A stretch of DNA of 64,000 bases from Thermoplasmatales archaeon SW_10_69_26 (GCA_003009755.1 PXUB01000043.1:1-64000); one strand, 5' to 3'; counted from the first letter of the stretch, positions 19,011 to 29,232 are shown. Translations and numbers: made by a program. The notes: generated from the sequence alone by a model not told the origin.

Positions 19011-20033
19011 ATGAGCGACGGGGACAGCCTGGCCCGCGACTTGCTCGTAGCGGCGGCGGTCGTGGGCGGCATCATCCTGGCCCTCGTCCTCTACACGGGC
19101 AACTGGCCACCGCCGGTCGTCGTCGAGTCCAACTCGATGATGCACGTCGACGAGGCCGAGTACGAGGGCAACGTCGGCGACACTCGCGCCGAGGACGTCC
19201 CCTTCGGCCGAGCCGGTACCATCGATCCCGGCGACCTCGTCCTCGTCAAGCAGTTCGACACGGTCGAGTCGATCTCCACCTACGCCGACGAGGAGGAGTC
19301 ACGCTACGGGAGCGTAGGCGAGGTCGTCGTCTACTTCCCCGGTGGCGACCAGCGACGGACGCCGATCATCCACCGGGCCATGACCTACGTGCAGGTCGAC
19401 GACACCTCGGAGGGCCCGCGGACCTACGAGGTCCGCTGGCACAGCGACTGGGACCGCAACGTCGGGTGCGACAGCCCCGACGACAACGAGTGCGTCCAAC
19501 CGGGCGAGTGCTCGGAGAACGGCCGCGGGCGCCTCACCTGCACGTTCGAGCACGGGTTCCGCCTGCCGGCGTTGCTTCGCAAAGGCGGCTCGCACGTCTA
19601 CCAGCCGAGCAACTCCGGATTCATCACGCAGGGCGACAACGTCGCGGGCAACCAAGCCCCCGACCAGGCCACGCCGGCCTTCGACCGCGGCCCGGTCGAG
19701 GGCGAGTGGATCAAGGGCGTGGCGCGCGGCGAGCTGCCATGGTTCGGCCTGATCAAGCTCGCCGTCACCGGCGAGCCGGGGAACACGGTCGGCGTCCGCG
19801 ACCATCCGTACTATGCCACGATCGGCTTCATGACGGCGGCCCAGGACCTGTGGGTCATGCTCGTCGTGGGGCTCGGCGTCGTCGCCTTCGCCCCCGTCGG
19901 CGTCGACTACGGGATCCACCTCGTCCGCCGGCGGCTGTCCACCGACCGTCGACCACCACCGGGAACCCGGGAGACGACGGCTCCCCCCGAGGAAGAGGCC
20001 GCTGGCGACGAGGTCCGCATCGACCTCGAGTAG
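19011..20033 (+). CDS. Signal peptidase I (S26/Sec11-type), paralog 2
   Basis: WPPPVVVESNSMMH, IDPGDLV, PIIHRA, GFITQGDN, ARGELPWFGLIKL. Confidence 0.9.
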   Translation: MSDGDSLARDLLVAAAVVGGIILALVLYTGNWPPPVVVESNSMMHVDEAEYEGNVGDTRAEDVPFGRAGTIDPGDLVLVKQFDTVESISTYADEEESRYGSVGEVVVYFPGGDQRRTPIIHRAMTYVQVDDTSEGPRTYEVRWHSDWDRNVGCDSPDDNECVQPGECSENGRGRLTCTFEHGFRLPALLRKGGSHVYQPSNSGFITQGDNVAGNQAPDQATPAFDRGPVEGEWIKGVARGELPWFGLIKLAVTGEPGNTVGVRDHPYYATIGFMTAAQDLWVMLVVGLGVVAFAPVGVDYGIHLVRRRLSTDRRPPPGTRETTAPPEEEAAGDEVRIDLE

Positions 20034-20162
20034 CCCGCGTTCACTGGGGTGGGGGCGCAGGCTTTTTCCTCCCGAGCCGCATCCCGCCTCGCGGGCCCGA
20101 CCTCGACGTCACCGGCCACCGCTGGCGGCCGGGTCGCCCCCACGGGGCAAGAGGGGAGTGGG

Positions 20163-22001
20163 ATGGACCAGGAAACGATCGTCAAGTTCCTATCGGAGCG
20201 CGGAACCCTCGTCCAGCCCGAGGCTCTCGACTACCTCTCGCAGCTGTCGGAACCGATGGACCGGCTCGAGGAGGGCCTGGGCCGCGGCCACGAGGTCCCC
20301 TTCGTCCTCACCGTCGACCACGTCCGCCGGATGCTCGACGGGGCCGACGAGGAACCGGCCGAACCCGACCGCCTACCCGAACCCGACGTCCGGGAGGCCC
20401 AACCCCCCCAAAGCGAGACCGAGAGCCCGCCCTCGCCCTCGACGGGGGAGCCCGAGGACGACGCCGGGCCCGTCCGCGGGGACCCGCTCGGCCGCTCGCC
20501 CGAGCCCGACACCGGGACGCAGCCGGACCCACCCAGCGGTGGCCCTCCCCGCCCGGACCCGCCGGACGAGCAACCCAGCCAGGCCGAGACGCGGACGAAC
20601 GGCGGCACCGCGAGCCCGCAGGTCCCCGAGAACCCGCCGAGGGCGGACCCCGCCACCAGCGACTCCTCGGCCCAGACCGAACGCCAGGTCGCCCAGGCCG
20701 CCGCCGAGCAGGTCAAAGTCGAGCTCGACATCACCGGCGAGAGCACCTGCGAGGGCACGATCGACGACTTCACGAAGCTCTTCCGCGACCGCTACAACAA
20801 GATGCGCAGCCTGCTGCGCAAGCGCCGCGACGTGCGCAGCGCCGTGCGCATCGGCGACCTCGACAAGGGCGGCCAGGAGAAAGCCGTCATCGGGCTCGTC
20901 GACGACGTGAAGACGACGAAGAACGGCCACCGCATCCTCACGCTCGAGGACGACACCGGCCAACTCGTCGCCCTCGCCCAGAAGGACGAGCAACGCCTGC
21001 TCGAGCTCTCCGACCGCCTGCTGCTCGACGAGGTCGTCGGCGTCACCGGCGAGCTCGTCCGCGGCCGCCGAGGCGACGACCTGTTCATCGTCGAGGAGAT
21101 CGTCCGCCCCGACGTTCGCATGGACCGCGATCCCAGCGGCGGCGGCCCCGGCTCGGTCGTGTTCGCCTCCGACGTCCACCTGGGCGCGGACACGTTCATG
21201 CGCGACGGCTGGGACACCTTCATCGACTGGCTGGCCGACCGCGTCGCCACCCGGCCCGGCGAGGACGGCGTCCGCTACCTCGTCGTGCCTGGCGACCTCG
21301 TCGAAGGTGTCGGTGTCTACCCCGGGCAAGAGGAGATCCTGCGCATCGAAGACATCTACGACCAGTACGCCGCGGCCGCCAAGACGCTCGAGCGGTTGCC
21401 CGACGATCTGCACATCATCGTGCAGCCGGGCAACCACGACGCCGTCCGCCCGGCCGAACCCCAGCCCGCGCTACCCGAGCAGATCCAGGACCTGTTCGGC
21501 CCGAACGTCGACTTCGTCGCCAACCCCTGCCGGCTGTCGATCACCGGCGTCGAGACGCTGCTGTACCACGGCGTCTCCCTGTTCGACTACTTCGAGGCCC
21601 TGTCCAACTGCGATCTCACGAAACCGGTGGAAACGATGGAGGAGATGCTGCGCCGCCGCCACCTGTGCCCGCCCTTCGGCGGTGAGACCCCGCTGGCCCC
21701 CGAACACGAGGACCACCTCGTCATCGACCCCGTGCCCGACATCTTCGTCACCGGGCACGTGCACGCCGCCCGCACCGGCGAGTACCGGGGCTCGCGACTC
21801 GTCAACGCCGCCACCTGGCAAGCCCAGACCGACTTCCAACGCATGCGCGGCTTCGATCCCGACCCCTGCCGCGCCTTCGAGGTCGACCTCGAGACGCTCG
21901 GCGTCACCACCTGGAAGTTCGACCACGCCGAGGGTACCGGCGAGGCCAAGCCCGTGACCGAGGACGTCTCCCGCGAGAAGCTCGGGGCGGTGAACGGATG
22001 A
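20163..22001 (+). CDS. polB: DNA polymerase D small subunit DP1, with a long Pro/acidic linker
   Basis: FRDRY, TKNGH..LTLEDDTG, SDVHLG, GDLVEGVGVYPGQ, PGNHD, YHG, RRHL.P, GHVH, WQAQTDFQ. Confidence 0.95.
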   Translation: MDQETIVKFLSERGTLVQPEALDYLSQLSEPMDRLEEGLGRGHEVPFVLTVDHVRRMLDGADEEPAEPDRLPEPDVREAQPPQSETESPPSPSTGEPEDDAGPVRGDPLGRSPEPDTGTQPDPPSGGPPRPDPPDEQPSQAETRTNGGTASPQVPENPPRADPATSDSSAQTERQVAQAAAEQVKVELDITGESTCEGTIDDFTKLFRDRYNKMRSLLRKRRDVRSAVRIGDLDKGGQEKAVIGLVDDVKTTKNGHRILTLEDDTGQLVALAQKDEQRLLELSDRLLLDEVVGVTGELVRGRRGDDLFIVEEIVRPDVRMDRDPSGGGPGSVVFASDVHLGADTFMRDGWDTFIDWLADRVATRPGEDGVRYLVVPGDLVEGVGVYPGQEEILRIEDIYDQYAAAAKTLERLPDDLHIIVQPGNHDAVRPAEPQPALPEQIQDLFGPNVDFVANPCRLSITGVETLLYHGVSLFDYFEALSNCDLTKPVETMEEMLRRRHLCPPFGGETPLAPEHEDHLVIDPVPDIFVTGHVHAARTGEYRGSRLVNAATWQAQTDFQRMRGFDPDPCRAFEVDLETLGVTTWKFDHAEGTGEAKPVTEDVSREKLGAVNG

Positions 22002-25000
22002 CCTCCGGCTACTTCGACTCCCAGACCACCACGCCCTCGATCGATCCCGAGGATCTCGACGAGCACCGCATCGAGACCGACGGGGTGGACGTCCACGCCG
22101 AGAACCTCGGCGCCCAGCGCGCCTACTTCGAGCGCATCACCGAGGAGGCCCATCGCTCCTTCGACATCGCCAAGCAAGCCCGCCGGCGCGGGTTCGATCC
22201 CGAGCTCGAACCCGAGATCCCTTTCGCCGAGGACCTGGCCTCCCGCGTGGAGGCCCTCGTCGGCCCCGAGGGCGTCGCCGAGCGGATTCGCGAGCTCGCC
22301 GACGAGTACGACCGCGAGAACCTCGCCCTCACGATCAGCAAGGAGATCGCCGAGGAGCGCTTCGGCGAGCACGAGGGTCCCGAAAGCGCCCTCGACCAAG
22401 CCATCCGCACCGGGCTGGCGATCCTCACCGAGGGCATCCTCGTCGCCCCGCTGGAGGGCGTCGCCGAGGTCAGGGTCCGCGAGAACAACGACGGCACCCA
22501 GTACGCGGACGTCTACTTCGCCGGCCCGATCCGCGCCGCCGGCGGAACCGGGCAAGCCCTCAGCGTGCTCATCGCCGACGTCGTCCGCCGCGAGCTCGGG
22601 CTCGGCGCCTGGCAGGCCACCGAGGCCGAGGTCGAGCGGATGAAAGAGGAGGTCCCCGCCTACAAGCGGGCCCAGGGCCTCCAGTACACGCCTCCGCCCG
22701 AGGAGATCGAGGCCATCATCGCCAACCTCCCCGTCGGCGTCAACGGCGAGGGCACCGAATCCGAGGAGGTCTCCGGCTACCGCGATCTGCCCCGGGTCGA
22801 GACCAACCAGCTGCGCGGGGGCGCCTGCCTCGTCGTGGCCGAAGGCCTGACCCTCAAAGCCCCGAAGATCCTCAAGCACGTGGACCACCTCGGCCTCGAG
22901 GGCTGGGGCTTCCTCGACCAGCTCGTCGGCGGGGGCGACGACGAGGGCGACGCGGGCGAGGACGACACGACCGAGATCAAGCCCGTCGAGACGTTCATCA
23001 AGGAGCTCACCGCCGGCCGCCCGGTGTTCAGCCACCCGATGGCGACCGGCGGCTTCCGCCTGCGCTACGGCCGCGTGCGCAACGCCGGTCTCGCCGCGAC
23101 CGCCGTCCACCCCGCCCTCACCGTGCTCGTGGACGATTTCCTCGCCGTCGGCACCCAGCTCAAGGTCGAACGCCCCGGCAAGGGCACGATCGTGACGCCC
23201 TGCGACGAGGTCGAACCCCCGATCGTGCGCCTCACCGACGGCACCGTCCGGGAGGTCGACAGCGTCGAGGAGGCCCGCGAGCTCGGCATCACGGTCGACA
23301 AGATCCTCGACCTGGGCGAGATGCTGGTGCCCTACGGCGAGTTCCTCGAGAACAACAAGCCGCTGCCCCGGAGCGCCTGGTGCTCGGAGTGGTGGACCAA
23401 GCTCCTCGAGGACCAGGGCGAGGACGTGCCCGAGATCCGCGACGCCCAGCCCGCGCTGGCCTTCGCCGTCGCCGAAGACACCGGCACCCCGCTGCATCCG
23501 CGCTTCACGCTGATGTGGCACGACGTCGACCGCGAGGCGATCGTCACCCTCGTCGACGCCATGGACGAGGCCCGCCTCGAGGCCGGCCGCCTCGTGCTGC
23601 CCCGCGAGGAGGACGTCAAGCACACCCTTGAGGCCTTGGGCGCCACGCACGAGGTCACCGGGGACGACGAGCTCCGCCTGGACCCCCGCTGCTCGGTGCC
23701 CGTCCTCCGCGGCGCCGGCTACCGCGTCGACGAGGACCAGCTCGTCCGCGCCGAGGAACCGCCCGCCGACCTCGAGGACCCCCAGGCGTTGGCCGAGCAC
23801 CTCTCCGGCGTCCCCCTGGAACGCAAGGCGCCCTGCCGCATCGGCGCCCGCATGGGCCGACCCGAGAAGGCCGCCGAGCGCGAGATGAGCCCGCTCGTCC
23901 ACGGCCTGTTCCCGATCGGCAACGCCGGCGGCCTGCAACGCAAGATCGGCGACGCTGCCAACAAGGGCACGATCGGGTCCACCGGCGACGAAGCCTTCGA
24001 CACGATCGACGTCGGCCAACGCGAGTGCTCGAACTGCGAGATCGAGACGCTCAAGCTCGACTGCCCCGAGTGCGGCGGCCGCACCCGCCCCACCGACGCC
24101 GAGTGGCCCGAGCCCGCCGAGATCGAGCTCGGCGACCTCGTGGACGAGGCCCTCGACCGGCTGGAGCTCAACCGGCTGCCGGACCCGGTCAAGGGCGTGC
24201 AGGGCCTCACCAGCCAGAGGAAGCTGCCCGAACCGATCGAGAAGGCCATCTTGCGCGCCGAGCACGACGTCAGCGCGTTCAAGGACGGCACCTGCCGCCA
24301 CGACATGACCGACCTGCCCCTCACCGAGTTCCGCCCCGCCGAGATCGGCACCCCTGTCGAGAAGCTGCACGAGCTCGGCTACACCCACGACGTCCGCGGC
24401 GACGAGCTCACCGACCCCGACCAGCTCGTCGATCTGCACGTTCAGGACGTCGTCGTCAACGAGGGCGCGCTGGAGTACATGGCGCGCGTTGCCGACTTCG
24501 TCGACGACCTGTTGACCCGCCTCTACGGGATCGAGGCCTTCTACGACCTCGACGACCCCGAGGACCTGGTCGGGCACCTCGCCGTCGGCCTCGCCCCGCA
24601 CACCAGCGGCGGCGTCCTGTGCCGCATCATCGGCACCACGAAGGCCGCTGGCCACTTCGGCCACCCCTTCTTCCACGCCGCCAAGCGGCGGAACTGCTTC
24701 ACAGGTGACACCGAACTCCTCGTCTACGACGACGGCGAGGCTCGCAAAACCCGCCTCGACGAGCTCGTGGACCCCGCCGTCGAGGACAGGGGCCGTCCGA
24801 TCGACGCCCACGGCACCGAGGCCGCCGAGCCCGACGACGAGCTCGCGGTCCTCTCGCTGGACCCCGACACCGGCCAACCCACCCGCCACCCGGTGACCAA
24901 GCTCATCCGCGGCCGCACCCAGGAGTGGGTCGAGATCGAGACCACCACCCACCGCTCGATCACCGTCACTCCCGACCACGAGATCCTCGTCGAGCGCGAG

Positions 25001-26968
25001 GGCCAGCTCACCCACGTCCCCGCCAGCGAGGTCGAGGAGGGCGATCAGGTCCCCGTGGGCACCAGCCTCCCCCGCGACCCGGACCGGCCCGCGTTCAACC
25101 TCGCCCGCCGACTGCACGCAGCCGCACCCGACGAGGCCCTCCGACTGCGCGGGGCCGACGACTGGCTTCGCGGCAAGCTCGAGTCGTTGGGCCTCGACGA
25201 GGCCCAACGCCTCACCGACGCCGAGGACAGCCTCCGCAACTCTCCCGCCCGGTGGGCCCGATCGCTGCCGCTGGAACACTACGCCCACCTCGTCGAGGCC
25301 GGCCACGCCCGGTGGGACGAGATCCCCGACAGCGCCGAGGTCGGCATCGAGCGCGACCACGCCCGTCTGCCCGCCTACCTGCAGGCCGACGACGAGCTCG
25401 CCCGGCTGCTCGGCCTGTACCTCTCCGAGGGCCACGCCCGATCCACCGACTCGGCCCACCAACTGAGCTGGCGGGCCAACGAGCCCGAGCTGGGGGGCAA
25501 GGTCGAGAGCCTCGTCCGCCGCGTCTTCGGGATCGAGCCGACCGTCGAGGAGGACGGCACGACGGTCATGCTTTGTTCCAAGCTCGCCTACCTCCTCCTC
25601 GTCGAGATCTGGGAGACCGGCGAGGACGCCGAGGACAAGCGCGTCCCGGGCTGGTGCTTCGGACTCCCCGAGTCCGGGATCCAAGCGCTGCTCGGCGGGT
25701 TCTTCGACGGCGACGGCAGCCTCAACCACGACCCGCCTCGCCTGCGCTTCGCCAGCAAGAACCGACGACTCCTCGAGGACGTCGCCACGCTGTTGCAGGC
25801 CGTGGGCGTGTTCTCCCGCTTTAACCCCGGCTCGCCCCGCGAGCCCGGCACCTCCCTCGAACAGCGCTCCGAGGAGACCGACGCCGAAGCTCCCGACCCA
25901 CTCGATCCGGTCCACCAGCTCGTGCTGACGGGCCGCGACATCAAGCTGTTCGCCTCGCTCGTCCACACCGACCACCCCACCAAGCGCGACCGCCTGGCGG
26001 CCCTCTCCGTCGAGCAGGACACCGGCCGATGGATCCAAGGCGGCGGCGTCACGGAGCAAGCCGACGAGCGCGCCCACCACCTCCTCGACCGCGTGGACAG
26101 CGTCGAGACCCGCGAGGCCGGCGACGAGCCCACCTACTGCCTCGACATCGACACCGGCAGCGCGGACCTCGCCACCAAGAACGTGCTCCTCGGCAACGGT
26201 CTCTACCAGATCCGCTGCGACGGCGACGAGGACTGCCTGATGTTGCTGATGGACGGCCTGCTGAACTTCTCGCGGGCCTACCTGCCCAGCAACCGCGGCG
26301 GCCAGATGGACGCCCCGCTCACGCTGTCGATCCGCGTCGACCCCGAGGAGATCGACGGCGAGGCGCACAACGTCGAGACCGTCGAGGAGTACCCGCTGGC
26401 GTTCTTCGAAGCGACCCGCGAACACCCCGGCCCCAAGGAGGTCGCCGAGCACGTCGAGATCGTCGAGGACCGGCTGGGCACCCCCGAGCAGTACGACCGC
26501 CTGGCCGCCACCCACGACACCGCCAGTTTCGACGAAGGCCCCCGCCTATCCGCCTACAAGACGATCGACTCGATGGAGGAGAAGATGGAGGGCCAGCTCG
26601 GGCTCGCCGAGCGCCTACGCGCCGTCGACGCCGGCGACGTCGCCTCCCGCGTGATCTGCGACCACTTCATGCCGGACATCATCGGGAACCTCAAGGCCTT
26701 CTCCCGGCAGACCGTCCGCTGCGCCAAGTGCAACTCCAAGTACCGGCGCGTGCCGCTGTCCGGCCGCTGCCGCAAGTGCAAGAACAAGCTGACGATGACC
26801 GTGCACGAGGCCAGCGTCAAGAAGTACATCGACGTCGCGCGCGAGGTCGCGCGCAACTACGCCGTCGACGACTACACCCAGCAGCGGCTCGAGCTCGTCG
26901 AGGACTCGATCGAGAGCCTCTTCGAGAACGACAAGGTCGAGAAGGCGCAGCTCACCGACTTCATGTAG
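21998..26968 (+). CDS. polC: DNA polymerase D large subunit DP2, intein-containing
   Basis: FAGPIRAAGGT, GFRLRYGR, IGARMGRPEKA, GLAPHTSGG, HAAKRRN/CDGDED, C-terminal Zn finger. Confidence 0.98.
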   Translation: MTSGYFDSQTTTPSIDPEDLDEHRIETDGVDVHAENLGAQRAYFERITEEAHRSFDIAKQARRRGFDPELEPEIPFAEDLASRVEALVGPEGVAERIRELADEYDRENLALTISKEIAEERFGEHEGPESALDQAIRTGLAILTEGILVAPLEGVAEVRVRENNDGTQYADVYFAGPIRAAGGTGQALSVLIADVVRRELGLGAWQATEAEVERMKEEVPAYKRAQGLQYTPPPEEIEAIIANLPVGVNGEGTESEEVSGYRDLPRVETNQLRGGACLVVAEGLTLKAPKILKHVDHLGLEGWGFLDQLVGGGDDEGDAGEDDTTEIKPVETFIKELTAGRPVFSHPMATGGFRLRYGRVRNAGLAATAVHPALTVLVDDFLAVGTQLKVERPGKGTIVTPCDEVEPPIVRLTDGTVREVDSVEEARELGITVDKILDLGEMLVPYGEFLENNKPLPRSAWCSEWWTKLLEDQGEDVPEIRDAQPALAFAVAEDTGTPLHPRFTLMWHDVDREAIVTLVDAMDEARLEAGRLVLPREEDVKHTLEALGATHEVTGDDELRLDPRCSVPVLRGAGYRVDEDQLVRAEEPPADLEDPQALAEHLSGVPLERKAPCRIGARMGRPEKAAEREMSPLVHGLFPIGNAGGLQRKIGDAANKGTIGSTGDEAFDTIDVGQRECSNCEIETLKLDCPECGGRTRPTDAEWPEPAEIELGDLVDEALDRLELNRLPDPVKGVQGLTSQRKLPEPIEKAILRAEHDVSAFKDGTCRHDMTDLPLTEFRPAEIGTPVEKLHELGYTHDVRGDELTDPDQLVDLHVQDVVVNEGALEYMARVADFVDDLLTRLYGIEAFYDLDDPEDLVGHLAVGLAPHTSGGVLCRIIGTTKAAGHFGHPFFHAAKRRNCFTGDTELLVYDDGEARKTRLDELVDPAVEDRGRPIDAHGTEAAEPDDELAVLSLDPDTGQPTRHPVTKLIRGRTQEWVEIETTTHRSITVTPDHEILVEREGQLTHVPASEVEEGDQVPVGTSLPRDPDRPAFNLARRLHAAAPDEALRLRGADDWLRGKLESLGLDEAQRLTDAEDSLRNSPARWARSLPLEHYAHLVEAGHARWDEIPDSAEVGIERDHARLPAYLQADDELARLLGLYLSEGHARSTDSAHQLSWRANEPELGGKVESLVRRVFGIEPTVEEDGTTVMLCSKLAYLLLVEIWETGEDAEDKRVPGWCFGLPESGIQALLGGFFDGDGSLNHDPPRLRFASKNRRLLEDVATLLQAVGVFSRFNPGSPREPGTSLEQRSEETDAEAPDPLDPVHQLVLTGRDIKLFASLVHTDHPTKRDRLAALSVEQDTGRWIQGGGVTEQADERAHHLLDRVDSVETREAGDEPTYCLDIDTGSADLATKNVLLGNGLYQIRCDGDEDCLMLLMDGLLNFSRAYLPSNRGGQMDAPLTLSIRVDPEEIDGEAHNVETVEEYPLAFFEATREHPGPKEVAEHVEIVEDRLGTPEQYDRLAATHDTASFDEGPRLSAYKTIDSMEEKMEGQLGLAERLRAVDAGDVASRVICDHFMPDIIGNLKAFSRQTVRCAKCNSKYRRVPLSGRCRKCKNKLTMTVHEASVKKYIDVAREVARNYAVDDYTQQRLELVEDSIESLFENDKVEKAQLTDFM
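24695..26215 (+). mobile_element. Intein with LAGLIDADG homing endonuclease in DP2 (507 aa)
   Basis: Inserted in KRRN|CDGDED; starts CFTGDT; block B TPDH; LLGLYLSEG and LLGGFFDGDGS motifs; ends NGLYQIR. Confidence 0.93.
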
Positions 26969-26990
26969 CTCGGGGAGGTCGGCTGCCTCG

Positions 26991-27237
26991 GAAAATTTCC
27001 GCTTCTGCGGTGTCCGCGTCATGTGGTGGGCGAGGAAATTTTCATCAAAACGGGGGGCAGCGGTATACCCGTAGCCCCCCGGACGAACGCCGTTACCGTG
27101 AGCCGATGACACAGAAAATTTCCGCTTCTACGGTGTCCGCGTCACGCGGTGGGCCAGGAATTCCTCGTCAAAACGGGGGGCAGCGGTATACCCGTAGCCC
27201 CCCGGACGAACTCCGCTACCGTCGGCCGATGGCCCAG
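26991..27237 (+). repeat. Two tandem 123-bp units (repeat family B)
   Basis: Units start GAAAATTTCCGCTTCT at 26991 and 27114 and share AAAACGGGGGGCAGCGGTATACCCGTAGCCCCCCGGACGAAC. Confidence 0.9.
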
Positions 27238-27425
27238 ACCCTTGCTGTATCCCTCTCCATCTCCCCGTCTCTGTGCCTCCGTGATAGGCGTACCCACCGC
27301 GACCGTGTTGTTCGTCAACCGGACGCCGCCTCCCGTCGGCCGGGGCGCGGAGCCGTCCCAGGAATGAACCGTCCGCAGGGAACGTACCGCGTAACAGCCT
27401 TAAGAGGAGCCGGGATAAGGCCGAC

Positions 27426-28883
27426 GTGATGACCTGGGACGGCCCCCTCGATCGCGTCGACGAGTACACGTACGAGATCCCCGCCTCGTACAAGAAGGAG
27501 ATGCGCGTCCCCGGGCGGGTGTACGCCAGCGAGGGGATGCTCGACCAGATCCTCGAGGACAACGCGATGGAGCAGGTCGCCAACGTCGCGACGCTGCCCG
27601 GCATCGTGGACGCCTCGATGGCGATGCCCGACATCCACTGGGGCTACGGCTTCCCCATCGGCGGGGTCGCTGCCTTCGACGTCGAGGAGGGCATCATCAG
27701 CCCCGGCGGCGTCGGCTACGACATCAACTGCGGCGTCCGCCTCGTCCGCACCGGCCTCACCGCCGACGAGGTCGAACCCAAGATCGACGAGCTCATCGAC
27801 ACGCTGTTCGCGTACTGCCCCTCCGGCGTCGGCGAGGACTCCCAGGTCTCGTTCTCCAAGAGCGAACTCGAGGACATCCTCACCCACGGCGTCCCCCACC
27901 TCGTCGAGCAAGGCTACGGCTGGGAGGACGACCCGGCGCACATCGAGCACGACGGCGCCCACCCCGACGCTGCGCACGAGTACGCCTCCAAGAAGGCCAA
28001 GGAGCGCGGCCGCACCCAGATCGGCACGCTGGGCGCCGGCAACCACTTCCTCGAGATCCAGCAGGTCGGCGACATCGTCCGCTCCGAGGAAGCCGAGGCC
28101 TTCGGCTTCACCGAGCCCGGCCAGATCGTGTTGATGATCCACTCCGGCTCGCGCGGCTTCGGCCACCAGGTCTGCACCGACTACCTCAAGCGCATGGAGC
28201 GCTCGCGCGAGGGCATGGCAGACGAGCTCGTCGACAAGCAGCTCGCCTGCGCCCCCTTCACCAGCGACGTCGGCCAACACTACTACGGCGCGATGTGCGC
28301 GGCGATCAACTACGCGTTCGCCAACCGCCAGATGCTGACCCACCAGGCCCGGCAAGCCTTCGGCGACGTCTTCGGCGAAGGCCCCGACCGGCTCGGCATG
28401 GACATCGTCTACGACGTCGCCCACAACATCGCCAAGCGCGAAACCCACCAGGTCGACGGCGGAGAGCGCGACGTGCTCGTCCACCGCAAGGGCGCCACGC
28501 GCGCGTACCCGTCCGGCCACGTCGACGTCTCCGGGGACTACCGCGACGTCGGCCAGCCGGTGATCATCCCCGGCTCGATGGGCACCTGCTCGTGGGTGCT
28601 CGCCGGCGAGCACGGCTCGATGAAGCGCTCGTTCGGCTCCACCTGCCACGGCGCCGGCCGCAAGATGTCCCGCACCGAGGCCAAGAACACCTGGCGAGGC
28701 CGGACCCTCGTCGAGGACCTCGGCGACCGCGGCATCAAGGTCAAGCCTGCCAGCATGCGCGTCGCCGCCGAGGAGGCCCCCGGCGCCTACAAGGACGTCT
28801 CCGGCGTCGTCGACACCTGCGAGGGCCTGGGCATCTCGAAGAAGGTCACCAAGCTCGACCCCGTCGGCGTCATCAAGGGCTGA
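27426..28883 (+). CDS. rtcB: RNA-splicing ligase RtcB
   Basis: MPDIHWGYGFPIGGV, VGYDINCGVR, GTLGAGNHFLE, HSGSRG, HNIAK, HRKGATRA, HGAGR, EEAPGAYKDV. Confidence 0.98.
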   Translation: MMTWDGPLDRVDEYTYEIPASYKKEMRVPGRVYASEGMLDQILEDNAMEQVANVATLPGIVDASMAMPDIHWGYGFPIGGVAAFDVEEGIISPGGVGYDINCGVRLVRTGLTADEVEPKIDELIDTLFAYCPSGVGEDSQVSFSKSELEDILTHGVPHLVEQGYGWEDDPAHIEHDGAHPDAAHEYASKKAKERGRTQIGTLGAGNHFLEIQQVGDIVRSEEAEAFGFTEPGQIVLMIHSGSRGFGHQVCTDYLKRMERSREGMADELVDKQLACAPFTSDVGQHYYGAMCAAINYAFANRQMLTHQARQAFGDVFGEGPDRLGMDIVYDVAHNIAKRETHQVDGGERDVLVHRKGATRAYPSGHVDVSGDYRDVGQPVIIPGSMGTCSWVLAGEHGSMKRSFGSTCHGAGRKMSRTEAKNTWRGRTLVEDLGDRGIKVKPASMRVAAEEAPGAYKDVSGVVDTCEGLGISKKVTKLDPVGVIKG

Positions 28884-28939
28884 AGATTTTCTTTTTCTAG
28901 GGGCCTTGGCGCCTCTCGACCGGGGAAAAGAAGATCTTC
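28882..28939 (+). repeat. Palindromic element directly after rtcB (family C, copy 1)
   Basis: GAAGATTTTCTTTTTC...GGGGCCTTGGCGCCTCTCGA...GAAAAGAAGATCTTC; similar to 42126-42183. Confidence 0.7.
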
Positions 28940-29232
28940 GCCGTAAAGGAAAACCCCGGTCGAGAGCGATGCAGGCCCCATCGGCGTTGGTCTTTGACGC
29001 GGTTGGATCTTCGCGCAGGACTATCGTCACCTGACGGGCTGACCGTGCTCGAAGGTCTCGACGCCTGACCATCTCTCGGGAAAAGAGGCGTTCCGGCATG
29101 GCCGAGCAACGGGCCCGCCGATCCGTCGTCGGGCCAACGATGCTCGCGATCGCCGCGCGCCGTGTGAGGCCATACCTCGGACGTGGCAGAAGAACGAAAA
29201 GAGTGCAAGGGCGGACCACGGTGGGGCATACC

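Noticed and set aside
21587-26515. 1642-aa ORF antisense to DP1/DP2, and similar long antisense or alternate-frame ORFs (2407-4263, 33416-37426, 43013-47236, 59854-62172)
   Set aside because: Shadow ORFs caused by high GC and codon bias; they overlap genes with clear family motifs and have no motifs of their own.
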